Origin: an uncultured Actinomycetes bacterium
Lineage (GTDB): Bacteria; Actinomycetota; Thermoleophilia; UBA2241
NCBI GenBank assembly: GCA_963725665.1
Contig: CAVRZA010000002.1
Coordinates: 32,001-96,000, forward strand
DNA: 64,000 nt
Direction of reading: 5' to 3'
Every line of letters starts with the position of its first letter. Within the stretch, counting starts at the first letter, position 1. A program made the position numbers and the translations under genes. Shown piece by piece: positions 27,643-36,922 of this stretch. The notes under the pieces were generated by a model. That model had not been told where the DNA came from, did not search any database, and worked only from the letters and a program-made list of their open reading frames with translations.

Positions 27643-28574
27643 GCGAGACCACAATCGCGGGCGCGCCTCCGACAGTCATGGAGCTGGGCGAGGCGATCAA
27701 GCTGGGACTCGAGAGGTTCGGCCTGGTCGTGGGCTGGGTCCCAGGGCGCGACGGTAACCTGGCGCCGGGGTTCGCGCGCTCGGCCGAACAAGCCGAGAAG
27801 CTCGGCTTCGGGCCGAGCGCGGTCTACAACGTGGCGCGCTACGTGCGCGACAAGGCTCCCTGCGCCGTCGTCGCCAAGCCGTGCGACATCCGCTCGCTGA
27901 CGCAGATGATCGCCGAGGACATGCTCAAGCGCGAGGAACTCTTCATCATCGGCCTGCGCTGCGAGGGTGTCGCCGACATGAAGAAGGTCGCCGAGCAGTA
28001 CGGGTTCGGCGCGCGCGTCGAGGCAGTCGGCTCCGACTGGCTGGTCAACGGCGAGCGCGTCGACAAGGCCGACCTCCTCGACGCGCGCTGCAAGAAGTGC
28101 TTGCGTCGCGAGCCGCTGCTCGCCGACGTTGTCGTCGGCGAGCCGGTGACGCCGCCGGCCGAGGCGGTCCGGTTCGCGGGGCTGCCCGAGACCGCCGCCG
28201 AGCGGGCCGCCTTCTGGGAGCGCGAGATGGCAAAGTGCATCCGCTGCTACGCCTGCCGCAACGCCTGCCCGCTCTGCTACTGCCAGGACGTCTGCGTCGT
28301 CCAGTCGCGCAACCCGCACTGGGTGACCGACGAGGCGACGCCGGCGGAGAACTGGATGTGGCAGATGATCCGCATGGCGCACCTGGCGGGGCGCTGTACG
28401 GAGTGCGGCGAGTGCAACCGCGCCTGTCCCGTTGGTATCAGGCTCGATCTGATGACCCAGGACCTGGTCGACATGGCGCGTGACCTCTTCGACTACGAGG
28501 CGGGGCTCGACCCCGAGCAGAAGCCGCCGTTCGTCACCTACGACAAGGAGCGCGACGAGTGGCCGGTAAGGTGA
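27639..28574 (+). CDS. FlxC-like 2x[4Fe-4S] protein
   Basis: KPCD, CIRCYACRNACPLCYC, HLAGRCTECGECNRACP; ATGA overlap. Confidence 0.85.
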   Translation: MSETTIAGAPPTVMELGEAIKLGLERFGLVVGWVPGRDGNLAPGFARSAEQAEKLGFGPSAVYNVARYVRDKAPCAVVAKPCDIRSLTQMIAEDMLKREELFIIGLRCEGVADMKKVAEQYGFGARVEAVGSDWLVNGERVDKADLLDARCKKCLRREPLLADVVVGEPVTPPAEAVRFAGLPETAAERAAFWEREMAKCIRCYACRNACPLCYCQDVCVVQSRNPHWVTDEATPAENWMWQMIRMAHLAGRCTECGECNRACPVGIRLDLMTQDLVDMARDLFDYEAGLDPEQKPPFVTYDKERDEWPVR

Positions 28575-29596
28575 AGACCGCGGTGAAGACGAAGCTGAGC
28601 TTCCTGGCGGCCGACCGGCTCGAGGCGTGGCTCGAAGCGCTCGCCTCCGGCGAGACCCAGCTCTTGGTGCCGAGCAAGCCCGACGGCACGTTCGTGACCT
28701 GGCAGGGCGGCGAACCCGATCTGAGGGGGATCACAGCGACGTCCTCGAAGTCCCTGGTGTTACCACAGCACGAGACTTTCCTGAGCTACAAGTACCAGGA
28801 GGGCGGCGCGGTCGAGGTGACGCCCGTCGTCGACGAGACCGAGCGCGTCGTCTTCGGGGCGCGTCTCTGCGACATGCACGGCCTGCGCTGCATCGACCAG
28901 ACGTTCGGCGAGACTGGTCCCAGCGGCGGCGACGCGAACTACTTGGCGCGCCGCGAGCGCACGACGTTCGTGTCCGTGGCCTGCACGGAGGCCGACGTCG
29001 ACGGCGCCTGCTTCTGCGCCACGTTCTTCACTCCGGACTCGTACGGCGCCGCCGACGCCGTTGTGCACCCGGTCGCGGACGGCTACGTGCTGCGCGCCCT
29101 GACCGAGAAGGGCGAGCGGGTCGTCGAGCTGGCCGCGGGCGCCGGCGCCTCGACGGCGTCCGTGCCCGAGGCGCCGGCGCCCGCGCAGGGCTCGTCCATC
29201 GAGATCAAAGGCATCGAGGAGAAGCTCCTCACCGTCTTCAACGACGACGAGCTCTGGGACGACGTCACCGAAGGCTGCCTCTCGTGCGGCGCCTGCAGCT
29301 TCGTCTGCCCGACCTGCTACTGCTTCTCGATCACCGACGAGGCCCGCGGCAGCGACTGCGGCGATCGCCTGCGCTGCTGGGACTCCTGCGGCTTCGCCTG
29401 CTACACCAAGGAGGCCAGCGGGCACAACCCGCGCAGCCGCAACGCCAAGCGTTTCCGCAACCGTGTGAACCACAAGTTCACCTACTACCCCGAGCTCTAC
29501 AACCTCGAGAGCTGCGTGGGCTGCGGGCGCTGCGTGCGCGCCTGCCCCGCCGCCGTCGATATCCGCGACATGGTCGAGGCGGTGATGGCGCGTTGA
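28571..29596 (+). CDS. FlxB/AsrA-like Fe-S protein
   Basis: GARLCD, CFC, CLSCGACSFVCPTCYCF, WDSC, CVGCGRCVRACP. Confidence 0.87.
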   Translation: MKTAVKTKLSFLAADRLEAWLEALASGETQLLVPSKPDGTFVTWQGGEPDLRGITATSSKSLVLPQHETFLSYKYQEGGAVEVTPVVDETERVVFGARLCDMHGLRCIDQTFGETGPSGGDANYLARRERTTFVSVACTEADVDGACFCATFFTPDSYGAADAVVHPVADGYVLRALTEKGERVVELAAGAGASTASVPEAPAPAQGSSIEIKGIEEKLLTVFNDDELWDDVTEGCLSCGACSFVCPTCYCFSITDEARGSDCGDRLRCWDSCGFACYTKEASGHNPRSRNAKRFRNRVNHKFTYYPELYNLESCVGCGRCVRACPAAVDIRDMVEAVMAR

Positions 29597-30441
29597 GCGA
29601 TCCCACGGCCCTGTACCCGGCGGCTGCGGCCCGGGGCAAGCTGATCCCCCAGGTCGGCCGGGTCCTCGACGTCGTCCCCGAGGCGACCGACATCGTGAGC
29701 CTCCGTGTCGAGCTCCCCGAGCTGCCCACCTTCGAGCCCGGTCAGGTCGGCCAGCTGGGCATCTTCGGCATCGGCGAGGCGACCTTCGTCATCAGCTCCG
29801 CGCCACACGAGCGCGAGTACCTGCAGTTCACCGTGGCCAAGGTGGGCGAGGTCACTCAGGCCATCCACGACCTCTCGCCCGGGGACGCCGTCGGCGTGCG
29901 CGCCCCTCTCGGCAAGGGCTTCCTCTATCGCGACTGGTACGGGAAGAACATCGTCATCGCCGGCGGCGGCATCGGCATGGCGCCGCTGCGGCCCCTGCTC
30001 CAGACGCTGCTCCATGAGCGCGACAAGTTCGGCGACATCACGCTGATCAACGGCGCCCGCGCGCCCGAGCTGCTCTCGTACGGCGCCGACCGCGCCGACT
30101 GGACCCAGCGCGGCGACCTTCTCTACGTGGAGACCGTCGACGTGCCGGTCGAGGGCTGGGAGGGACGCACCGGCTTCGTGCCGGCCGTTCTCGAGGAGGA
30201 GGCGCCGAGCGCCGACAACGCCGTCGCCGTCACCTGCGGGCCGCCGATCATGATCAAGTTCACGCTGCCGGTCTTCGAGAAGCTCGGCTTCGCACCCGAC
30301 GCTGTCGTGACGACGCTGGAGCGGCGGATGAAGTGCGGCATCGGCATCTGCGGGCGCTGCAACATCGGCCACAAGTACGTCTGCGTCGACGGGCCGGTGT
30401 TCACGCTGGCCGAGCTGAATGAGCTGCCGGCGGAGCTCTAG
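29593..30441 (+). CDS. FlxA/AsrB-like FAD/NAD(P)-binding [2Fe-2S] subunit
   Basis: FEPGQ, GGGIGMAPLR, CGPPIMIK, LERRMKCGIGICGRCNIG..YVCVDGPVF. Confidence 0.9.
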   Translation: MSDPTALYPAAAARGKLIPQVGRVLDVVPEATDIVSLRVELPELPTFEPGQVGQLGIFGIGEATFVISSAPHEREYLQFTVAKVGEVTQAIHDLSPGDAVGVRAPLGKGFLYRDWYGKNIVIAGGGIGMAPLRPLLQTLLHERDKFGDITLINGARAPELLSYGADRADWTQRGDLLYVETVDVPVEGWEGRTGFVPAVLEEEAPSADNAVAVTCGPPIMIKFTLPVFEKLGFAPDAVVTTLERRMKCGIGICGRCNIGHKYVCVDGPVFTLAELNELPAEL

Positions 30442-30659
30442 AGAGCAGGGGTAGCTTCAAGGCGGCTTTGGCAGCATCCAAACTCGCCGCTCGGTGAAAG
30501 GGGGACAAGCGGGTCGTCGCGCTGGCGGGTCGGCGAGCGAAGACGGCGACCTGAGTCATCGCCGCCGACGACGATCAGTCATCGAAGCCCCAACACGGGG
30601 AGCCATGGTAGCGGGCGAGGCCTTTCGGCCTCGCCCGCACTGCGTTCGCGGCCGGGTGA

Positions 30660-32012
30660 CTACTCGGCCCGTGGCTCGGGCGCCACGAACTGCTCCTGGG
30701 GGTGCTGGTGGGCGAGCCGGTCGGCCTCGGCGGCTGGGAGGATCCGTCCCGAGCTCCTGATCTCTTGCCAGGCCGCATGCAGGATCGGCGCCGCGATGGC
30801 CAGACCGGCGAGGTTGAAGATGCCGCCGAGGGCGATCACCCAACCGCCGATCACGCTGTAGAGGAGTGGCGAGACGAGGGTGCCGACGAGCGCCGCCAGC
30901 TGCATCGCGGTCGTTTCGAGCCCCTGGATCGTGCCCAGCCAGCGCTGCGGGCTGACCTGCACGAGGAACGCCTGCTTGGCCGGGTACGAGTAGGCGATGG
31001 CGATGCCCTCGATCACGCTGAAGAGCAGCAGCACCCACAGCACGGTCACCGTGCCGTAGATGACCCACGTCACGCCGGAGATGGCGTAGCCCGAGAACAT
31101 GAGCAGGAACCGGTTGCCGCGGTCGGCAATGTAGCCGCCGACGAACGACAGCAGCATCGGGACGCTGAAGGCGATCCACGTCCAGCCGACGAACGCCATC
31201 GAGGCGCCAAGGTGGCGTAGGTAGATGCTCCAGATCACGTCCCACGTGCCCATGGCGAAGTGGCCCGCGGCGGCGACGAGTATGAAGGCGAGGATAGGGC
31301 GGTTCAGGAGCGTGCGTAGGGGAGGTCGCTTCACCTTCTCGCGACGGCGACGGCGGCCACGTTCGGGCTCCTTGAGTCTGAGCAGCAGGACCAGCGCGAC
31401 TATGGCCGACGCGGCGCTGCCGAAGAGGAAGATCGAGTAGAAGGCCCACTTGCCCTCTCCGCCTCCGAGCGAGTAGAGGGGCCAGGCGAGCGCCGGCCCT
31501 GCTACGAGGCCGCCGAACTGGGCCGTGGTCAGCCAACCGTAGGCGCGGCTGCGGTTCTCGTCGATCGTGATGTCGGCGATGAACGCCTGGCCGGCGGGGC
31601 CGACGGCAGCCGCGCCGACGCCCTCGAGGAACCGGAAGAGGAGGAACCACGCCGGCTCCGTGGTGCTCACGAAGAGCAGCGTGGCGACGGCGTACAGCAC
31701 GACGCCGGCGACGATGACCGGCTTGCGCCCGATCGTGTCGCTGAGCCGCCCGAGAGGGGTCGAGAAGAGGAACGTGCCGACGAAGTAGCCGGCGGCGATC
31801 ACGCCGATGAGCCACAGGGAGGCGTGCGCCTGCTCCTGGAGGAAGACCGGCAGGTACGGCAGGATCGCTCCGAAGCCCGCCCAGACGACGAAGCTGGCGA
31901 GGCAGACGATGTAGAGCTGGCCCCAGTCGGTGTCGCGTCCGGACGCGGCCGGCGGCGCAGCGATGTCGGCAAGGTGGGGCACGCGGACTCTCTCCCGGCG
32001 GACGACGCGCAA
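30660..32012 (-). CDS. MFS transporter (DHA1-like)
   Basis: GRLSDTIGRK motif A, 12 TMs; start may be GTG 31982. Confidence 0.9.
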   Translation of the reverse strand: MRVVRRERVRVPHLADIAAPPAASGRDTDWGQLYIVCLASFVVWAGFGAILPYLPVFLQEQAHASLWLIGVIAAGYFVGTFLFSTPLGRLSDTIGRKPVIVAGVVLYAVATLLFVSTTEPAWFLLFRFLEGVGAAAVGPAGQAFIADITIDENRSRAYGWLTTAQFGGLVAGPALAWPLYSLGGGEGKWAFYSIFLFGSAASAIVALVLLLRLKEPERGRRRRREKVKRPPLRTLLNRPILAFILVAAAGHFAMGTWDVIWSIYLRHLGASMAFVGWTWIAFSVPMLLSFVGGYIADRGNRFLLMFSGYAISGVTWVIYGTVTVLWVLLLFSVIEGIAIAYSYPAKQAFLVQVSPQRWLGTIQGLETTAMQLAALVGTLVSPLLYSVIGGWVIALGGIFNLAGLAIAAPILHAAWQEIRSSGRILPAAEADRLAHQHPQEQFVAPEPRAE

Positions 32013-32148
32013 GGCCCTCTCGCGCGTCTCGTAAGGCTCGCTCCAAGGCTATCACCTGGAGTCCGCGCTCGTCAGTCGGCACCGGGATCGACCGCTGCTC
32101 GCCGGGGTCTGGCGCGGCCGACCCGCGGGCGGCCTGAAGTGGGAGACA

Positions 32149-32186
32149 GCTGCGGGCGGCAGGCCGTTCGGCCTGCCGCCCGCAGC
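32149..32186. terminator. 17-bp perfect GC-rich hairpin downstream of the second MFS gene
   Basis: GCTGCGGGCGGCAGGCC-GTTC-GGCCTGCCGCCCGCAGC. Confidence 0.75.
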
Positions 32187-32191
32187 CGCGC

Positions 32192-33424
32192 TCAGATCTC
32201 GCGCACCCGCGCCGTTGCGAGCCCGATGAGGCCGGGCAGGCCGACGATGAGCCCAGCGACGACGAACAGGCCTTGCACGCTGTAGATGCCGGCGAGCGCG
32301 CCGCCGACGAGGATCGAGAGGGCGTAGAAGCCCTGCGTGAGAGCGAAGCGGACACCCCAGACGCGGCCGCGCAGGTGCTCGGGCACCGTCTCCTGGAAGA
32401 ACGTGTCGATCGAGATAAGCGCGGCCGCGTTGGCCACTCCCAGCGCGAGGAACGCGACCAGGATCGTCGTCAGGTTGTGAAGCAAGCCCACGAAGACGAG
32501 CGAAGCGCCCATGACGCCCAGGCCGACCGTCATGGCGTAGCCCTTGCGGACGCGTGACCCCAGGCCGGCGAGCAGGGCGGATCCGCCGAGGTACCCGACT
32601 CCGATGGCGGCCTCCATGAGGCCGAAGGCCTTGGTGCCCTGCCCCAAGACGTCCACGGCGAGCAGGAACGTGAGCGGGTAGGCGGCGCCGAGCCCGAGCA
32701 CGGCCGCGACGACCAGCACGGTGTTCGCCGCGAGCTGGCTGTGACCGAACAGGAATCGGATGCCCTCCATGATCTCGGCGCCCACGTGGCGAGCATGGCG
32801 AAGGGCGGCCTCGCGCACCGGGGGCACGTAGACCATAAGCGCGAGGGCCGCGGCTGAGACGAGGAAGGTGCCGCTGTCGGCCGCGAAGGCGATCCGTGTC
32901 GAGAAGTAGTAGGCGACGAGACCGGCCACCGAATAGCCGATGATCTCGCTCAGGTTCTCGCCCATCGTCAGCAGCGAGTTGGCGCGCACGAGCTGCCGTC
33001 GCTGCACGATGTCGGGCAGGAGAGAGAGCTTACAGGGATCAAAGAAGACGGCGACGCTCGCCATGGCGAAGCTGATGGCGAACACGAAGGGCAGCCCCGG
33101 ATGCGCGACAAGGGCCACGGTCAGGACAAGCCCTGCGCGCACCAGATCGGCGACGATCATCAGGCGGCGCTTGTTGAAGCGATCGATGACAACGCCGGCG
33201 AACGGCCCAAACAGGACATACGGCAGCGTGTACAGCGCCAGGACCACGCCTGTGGAGAAGGCCGAGCCGGTCTTCTGGTAGACGAGCCAAGGGAAGGCGA
33301 CCATGGCGAGCCGGTCGCCGAGCTGCGAGACGACCTGACCCGTCCAGAGCAGCAGGAAGTTGCGGTTGGCGGAAAGCCTCTGGGTCGGGAGTGCCGCGAT
33401 GGTGTCCGACGTCGCCACGCGCAA
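32192..33424 (-). CDS. MFS exporter (DHA3/MefA-EntS-like)
   Basis: NRNFLLLWTGQVVSQLGD, AGVVIDRFNKRRLMIVADLVR, QETVPEHLRGRV. Confidence 0.9.
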   Translation of the reverse strand: MRVATSDTIAALPTQRLSANRNFLLLWTGQVVSQLGDRLAMVAFPWLVYQKTGSAFSTGVVLALYTLPYVLFGPFAGVVIDRFNKRRLMIVADLVRAGLVLTVALVAHPGLPFVFAISFAMASVAVFFDPCKLSLLPDIVQRRQLVRANSLLTMGENLSEIIGYSVAGLVAYYFSTRIAFAADSGTFLVSAAALALMVYVPPVREAALRHARHVGAEIMEGIRFLFGHSQLAANTVLVVAAVLGLGAAYPLTFLLAVDVLGQGTKAFGLMEAAIGVGYLGGSALLAGLGSRVRKGYAMTVGLGVMGASLVFVGLLHNLTTILVAFLALGVANAAALISIDTFFQETVPEHLRGRVWGVRFALTQGFYALSILVGGALAGIYSVQGLFVVAGLIVGLPGLIGLATARVREI

Positions 33425-33502
33425 GTTGTACCGGTTCGACTCTCGGTTGACAAACGCGAGCCCCAGTTTGCAGGGAGAGTGTTGTCAGCGCGCCAGAAGT
33501 GT

Positions 33503-33532
33503 TGTCAATGTTGGCGATAGGGAGGGTTGACA
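33503..33532. promoter_or_regulatory. BirA-type operator TGTCAAT-N16-GTTGACA
   Basis: Matches TGTYAAC-N14-16-GTTRACA; extra half sites at 33445 and 33483 (AGTGTTGTCA direct repeat, 20-nt period). Confidence 0.55.
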
Positions 33533-33649
33533 TTCATCGTATTGGCCAGTAGCGGATTCGTGGCCGGCGTAGTCACGGCTGGATACGATGCTCCCACGCT
33601 GATCGTTGTATCAGCGTTTGGTGCTCACACTGCAACGGAGGGGCCACTC

Positions 33650-33679
33650 ATGCGTCGTGAGAACGTCAGACTGCACTAG
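33650..33679 (+). CDS. 9-aa micro-ORF MRRENVRLH
   Basis: Strong SD GGAGGGG 6 nt upstream of ATG; same RLH C-terminus as the next peptide. Confidence 0.45.
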   Translation: MRRENVRLH

Positions 33680-33700
33680 CTTCGCCGCAGGCAACGAACT

Positions 33701-33778
33701 ATGAGGAAGATCGAGACAGTACTGGCGTCAATCCTCATGGCGCTAGTGTCTTCGGGGGGGAGCGCCAGGCTCCACTGA
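33701..33778 (+). CDS. 25-aa peptide MRKIETVLASILMALVSSGGSARLH (signal-peptide-like precursor)
   Basis: Basic N-terminus, hydrophobic core, GG then SARLH; immediately upstream of the HD-GYP gene; absent from ORF track. Confidence 0.65.
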   Translation: MRKIETVLASILMALVSSGGSARLH

Positions 33779-33835
33779 TTTCCCAGCCTTAAGAGTCGCA
33801 GGTATCATGCCGATAGGCTTACTATCTGCGGCGGG

Positions 33836-35272
33836 GTGATTTTGGCTGGGCAAAACCGATTGTTCACCGCGTACGCCGGCGCGATGCTCACGGCATCAAT
33901 CGTCGGCTTCCTTGTCGCATCTTGGCATGCGCACCTGCTTGACTTGCCCCTATCGGGCTTCGCCACCGTTGGGCTGTTCACTCTCCTCGCGATAATCGCA
34001 GAAGAGCTCTCCGTTGTTGTTTCTGACCGCGTTACGATCACGGCTAGCAACCTCCCCCTTCTGCTCGGAATCATGTTTCTCGGCACCCCGCGCGCTGTTC
34101 TCACGGCGGCTCTCGTCGGGCTGTGGGGGAGTTGGCGCGAGGAGTCCGCTCCACTGGCCGTGTTCAATGTGTCCAACTTCATGCTCACCACGTTGCTCGC
34201 GTCGCTGGCGTTCGAGGGGCTCCGTTCAACAACGGGGTTCAGCCTATCCGAGGTCTCGGTCGAGCTGCTTCTTGCGGGCGCTGTCGCTGGGCTCATCTAT
34301 CAGGTTGGTGCTCTTGCTTTTCTCAGCGTGGGAGCTCGGCTCAGATATGGCCGATCGCTGCGCCGGTTCTGGCGAAGCGAACTCGCCCCGCTAGGCCAGT
34401 CTCTTGCCATCCTCACGGGCCTCGGGTTGGCCGTCGCAGCGGTCTACGCGCAAGCGGGGGTGATCGCCGTTGCTCTGCTCTTCATCCCCCTCTTTGCCGC
34501 CCAGTACATGTTCAAACTGCTCGTGGAGCAGAGGCGTCTCCTGGCCGAACAGAGGCAGCTGTCCGACCAGTACCTCGAGATGAACATCGGGCTCGCTGCG
34601 GCGATGGTGGTGCTCCTCGACAGCAAGGATGAGTACACCGCCAGTCACTCGGCAGCAGTCGCCATGTACTGCAGGGACATGGCCCTGTCCATGGGGATGT
34701 CCGAGGACGAGGCTGAAGCCCTGCACCTGGCCGGTCTGCTGCACGATCTCGGAAAGGTCGGGACGCCGGACGCCATCCTCAGGAAGGACGGCAAGCTCGA
34801 CCCCGACGAATGGGCGTTCATCCACGAGCATCCGGCCAAGGGTGCCGAGGTGCTCTCTCACCTTGCCGCCTACAAGGACGTAGCCGACATCGTGCGCTAT
34901 CACCACGAACGTCTCGACGGCAGTGGCTACCCCTACGGGATCCGCGATGGGCAGATCCCCGAGCTCAGCAAGATGCTGGCGGTCGCGGACGCCTACCACG
35001 CCATGACCTCGGACAGGCCCTACCGGCCGGCGCGGAGCTCGTTTGACGCGCTGAAGGAGTTGCGGCGCATGTCCGGTGTGAGCCTGGACGGCAAATACGT
35101 CGAGCTCCTGGCCTCCATTTTGCGGGACAAGGATCTCGCCTACCGGGAGGGCACCTCGACCGACTTCATGGGCGAGTACGAGCGCGGGCGGATCAACCTC
35201 CGCCTCAGGGCGGACGCGATCGCTCAGATCAGCGAGACGATGCGGGCACGCCGAGACCCAGCCGTAGGCTGA
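33836..35272 (+). CDS. membrane-bound HD-GYP c-di-GMP phosphodiesterase with multi-TM sensor domain
   Basis: ~6-7 N-terminal TMs, coiled linker, KDEYTASHS, LLHDLGK, HHERLDGSGYPYG, VADAYHAMTSDRPYR. Confidence 0.93.
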   Translation: MILAGQNRLFTAYAGAMLTASIVGFLVASWHAHLLDLPLSGFATVGLFTLLAIIAEELSVVVSDRVTITASNLPLLLGIMFLGTPRAVLTAALVGLWGSWREESAPLAVFNVSNFMLTTLLASLAFEGLRSTTGFSLSEVSVELLLAGAVAGLIYQVGALAFLSVGARLRYGRSLRRFWRSELAPLGQSLAILTGLGLAVAAVYAQAGVIAVALLFIPLFAAQYMFKLLVEQRRLLAEQRQLSDQYLEMNIGLAAAMVVLLDSKDEYTASHSAAVAMYCRDMALSMGMSEDEAEALHLAGLLHDLGKVGTPDAILRKDGKLDPDEWAFIHEHPAKGAEVLSHLAAYKDVADIVRYHHERLDGSGYPYGIRDGQIPELSKMLAVADAYHAMTSDRPYRPARSSFDALKELRRMSGVSLDGKYVELLASILRDKDLAYREGTSTDFMGEYERGRINLRLRADAIAQISETMRARRDPAVG

Positions 35273-35783
35273 CCAGAGCAGAGGCGACGAAGCTCGCAGC
35301 CAACGCCTTCACCAGATCCACGGGCACGAAGGGGACCACCCCTTCGAGGAGAACGGTGCGCACGTCTCCAATGTGAAGCTGCCACGCCAGCCACGTCGCG
35401 CCGAGGGCGTAGATGGGCACGAGTGCGACCACGGTGGCGAGTAGCAGACGCAGACGAGTCCCTCCACGCCCCGCCAGCCATCCGGCAAGGGCAGCAGCCG
35501 CGACGAAGCCGAACAGATAGCCCCCCGTAGGCCCGAGGAGCACGCCGAGGCCGGAAGTCGCCTGCGCGTACACCGGAGCCACAAGACCCAGCAGCAAGTA
35601 CAGCGCAACGGCAAGAGCCCCGAGGCGGGGGCCGAGAACGACGCCCGCGAGCAGCACGAAGAACACCTGCAGCGTGAACGGGACGGGGCCCCAGAACGGC
35701 AGCGCAAAGAGGCCGCCGACCGCGACGAGCGCGGCGAAGAGGGCGGCCATGACGAGAGCGCGTGTCGAACCTGAAGCAGGCAA
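35229..35783 (-). CDS. bioY: biotin transporter S-component BioY
   Basis: PVPFTLQ, GPTGGYLFGF, IYALG..WL, PFVPVDLVK. Confidence 0.93.
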   Translation of the reverse strand: MPASGSTRALVMAALFAALVAVGGLFALPFWGPVPFTLQVFFVLLAGVVLGPRLGALAVALYLLLGLVAPVYAQATSGLGVLLGPTGGYLFGFVAAAALAGWLAGRGGTRLRLLLATVVALVPIYALGATWLAWQLHIGDVRTVLLEGVVPFVPVDLVKALAASFVASALVSLRLGLGVPASSR

Positions 35784-35845
35784 TTGTCAACGCGGCCTGT
35801 GGCAGACCGCGTTGACAATGTAAGAGGAGACACGCCCTCAGTCAA
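35783..35845 (-). promoter_or_regulatory. bioY promoter (TTGACT-N17-TACATT) overlapping BirA-like palindrome ATTGTCAACGCGG-N11-CCGCGTTGACAAT
   Basis: Perfect 13-bp arms at 35783-35795 and 35807-35819, directly before the start codon. Confidence 0.75.
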
Positions 35846-35850
35846 CGACC

Positions 35851-36867
35851 CTAGTGGAGGGTGACCTCCCCCGCGTGGAATCGACGAATATGCCGGTGCG
35901 GAAGCTCCACCAGCAAAGCGCCGCGGTCGTCGATGCCGGCGGCCTCACCGATGACGGGCCCCTCGCGCGTGAGGACGCTCACGCTGCGATGCAACAGATA
36001 GTCACGTGCACGGAAGCCTCGCAGGGGCTTCTCGAAGCCGTTGGCCGCCGCATCTAGGTAGCATTTCTCCAGGGCGAGCAGGATGCGCGCGAGAAGGACG
36101 CTCCTATCCACAGGCCTCCCCGTCGCGGTCTTCAAGGAGGTAGCCGAGCGGCGGAGGGTGACGGGGAGCTCGGCGTACTCCGTGTTCACGTTGATGCCGA
36201 CGCCCACAACGACCCAGTTGACCTCGTCGAACTCGCCCGACACCTCGAGCAGGATCCCCCCGACCTTGCGGTCGTTCACTATGAGGTCGTTGGGCCACTT
36301 GACCTGGACGGGGGTCTTTGTCTGCCCCTCGATGCCCTCGGCCGTGGCGGTCGCGGCGACGAGAGTGAGGAGATGGGCCTCTGTCATCGGCAGCCGCGGC
36401 CGCAGGACGACCGAGAAGAGCAATCCCTTGCCGGCCGGCGATGTCCACTGACGGCCCAGTCGACCACGACCGGCCGACTGGTGCTCGGCGATCACCACGG
36501 TGCCTTCCGGAGCACCGCCGCTTGCCAGCCTCTTGGCCTCGCTGTTTGTCGACTCGATCTCGTCGTAGTACCTGAAAGAATGCCCGAACAACGTGTTCTG
36601 CATGAGTTTGGCGACGACCGGCATGACCAGCCGGCAGGGCTCCTCCTCGAGTCTGTAGCCGCGCCTCGACACACCAAGGATCCGGTAGCCGCGGCGCCGC
36701 AGCGAGTTGATGTGCTTGTGTACTGCGTTCCGGGAGATGCCGAGGCTGCCGCTTATCGCTTGGCCGGAGACAAAGCCGGGACTGTCACGAAGAATGTCGA
36801 TCACTGTCTTCTTGCGATGGCTCATCGTTCCCGATTCGACGTGTACCACTGACGCTGACGACTCCAT
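35851..36867 (-). CDS. birA: bifunctional biotin-protein ligase/repressor (class II, N-terminal HTH)
   Basis: VSGQAIS..LGISRNAVHKHINSLR, STN, QSAGRGRLGRQW, KWPNDL, KVGGIL, GVGINVN; RBS GGAGG. Confidence 0.95.
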   Translation of the reverse strand: MESSASVVHVESGTMSHRKKTVIDILRDSPGFVSGQAISGSLGISRNAVHKHINSLRRRGYRILGVSRRGYRLEEEPCRLVMPVVAKLMQNTLFGHSFRYYDEIESTNSEAKRLASGGAPEGTVVIAEHQSAGRGRLGRQWTSPAGKGLLFSVVLRPRLPMTEAHLLTLVAATATAEGIEGQTKTPVQVKWPNDLIVNDRKVGGILLEVSGEFDEVNWVVVGVGINVNTEYAELPVTLRRSATSLKTATGRPVDRSVLLARILLALEKCYLDAAANGFEKPLRGFRARDYLLHRSVSVLTREGPVIGEAAGIDDRGALLVELPHRHIRRFHAGEVTLH

Positions 36868-36922
36868 CTCTCCTCCTCGCTCGCAATTGAGGCCATGGTA
36901 GGAAGATGGAGATCGACCGTAA

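Noticed and set aside
33527-33679. Longer upstream extension of the 9-aa micro-ORF (TTG/GTG starts at 33527-33560)
   Set aside because: The frame is open, but these starts lack a properly spaced SD and overlap the operator; ATG 33650 has a strong SD
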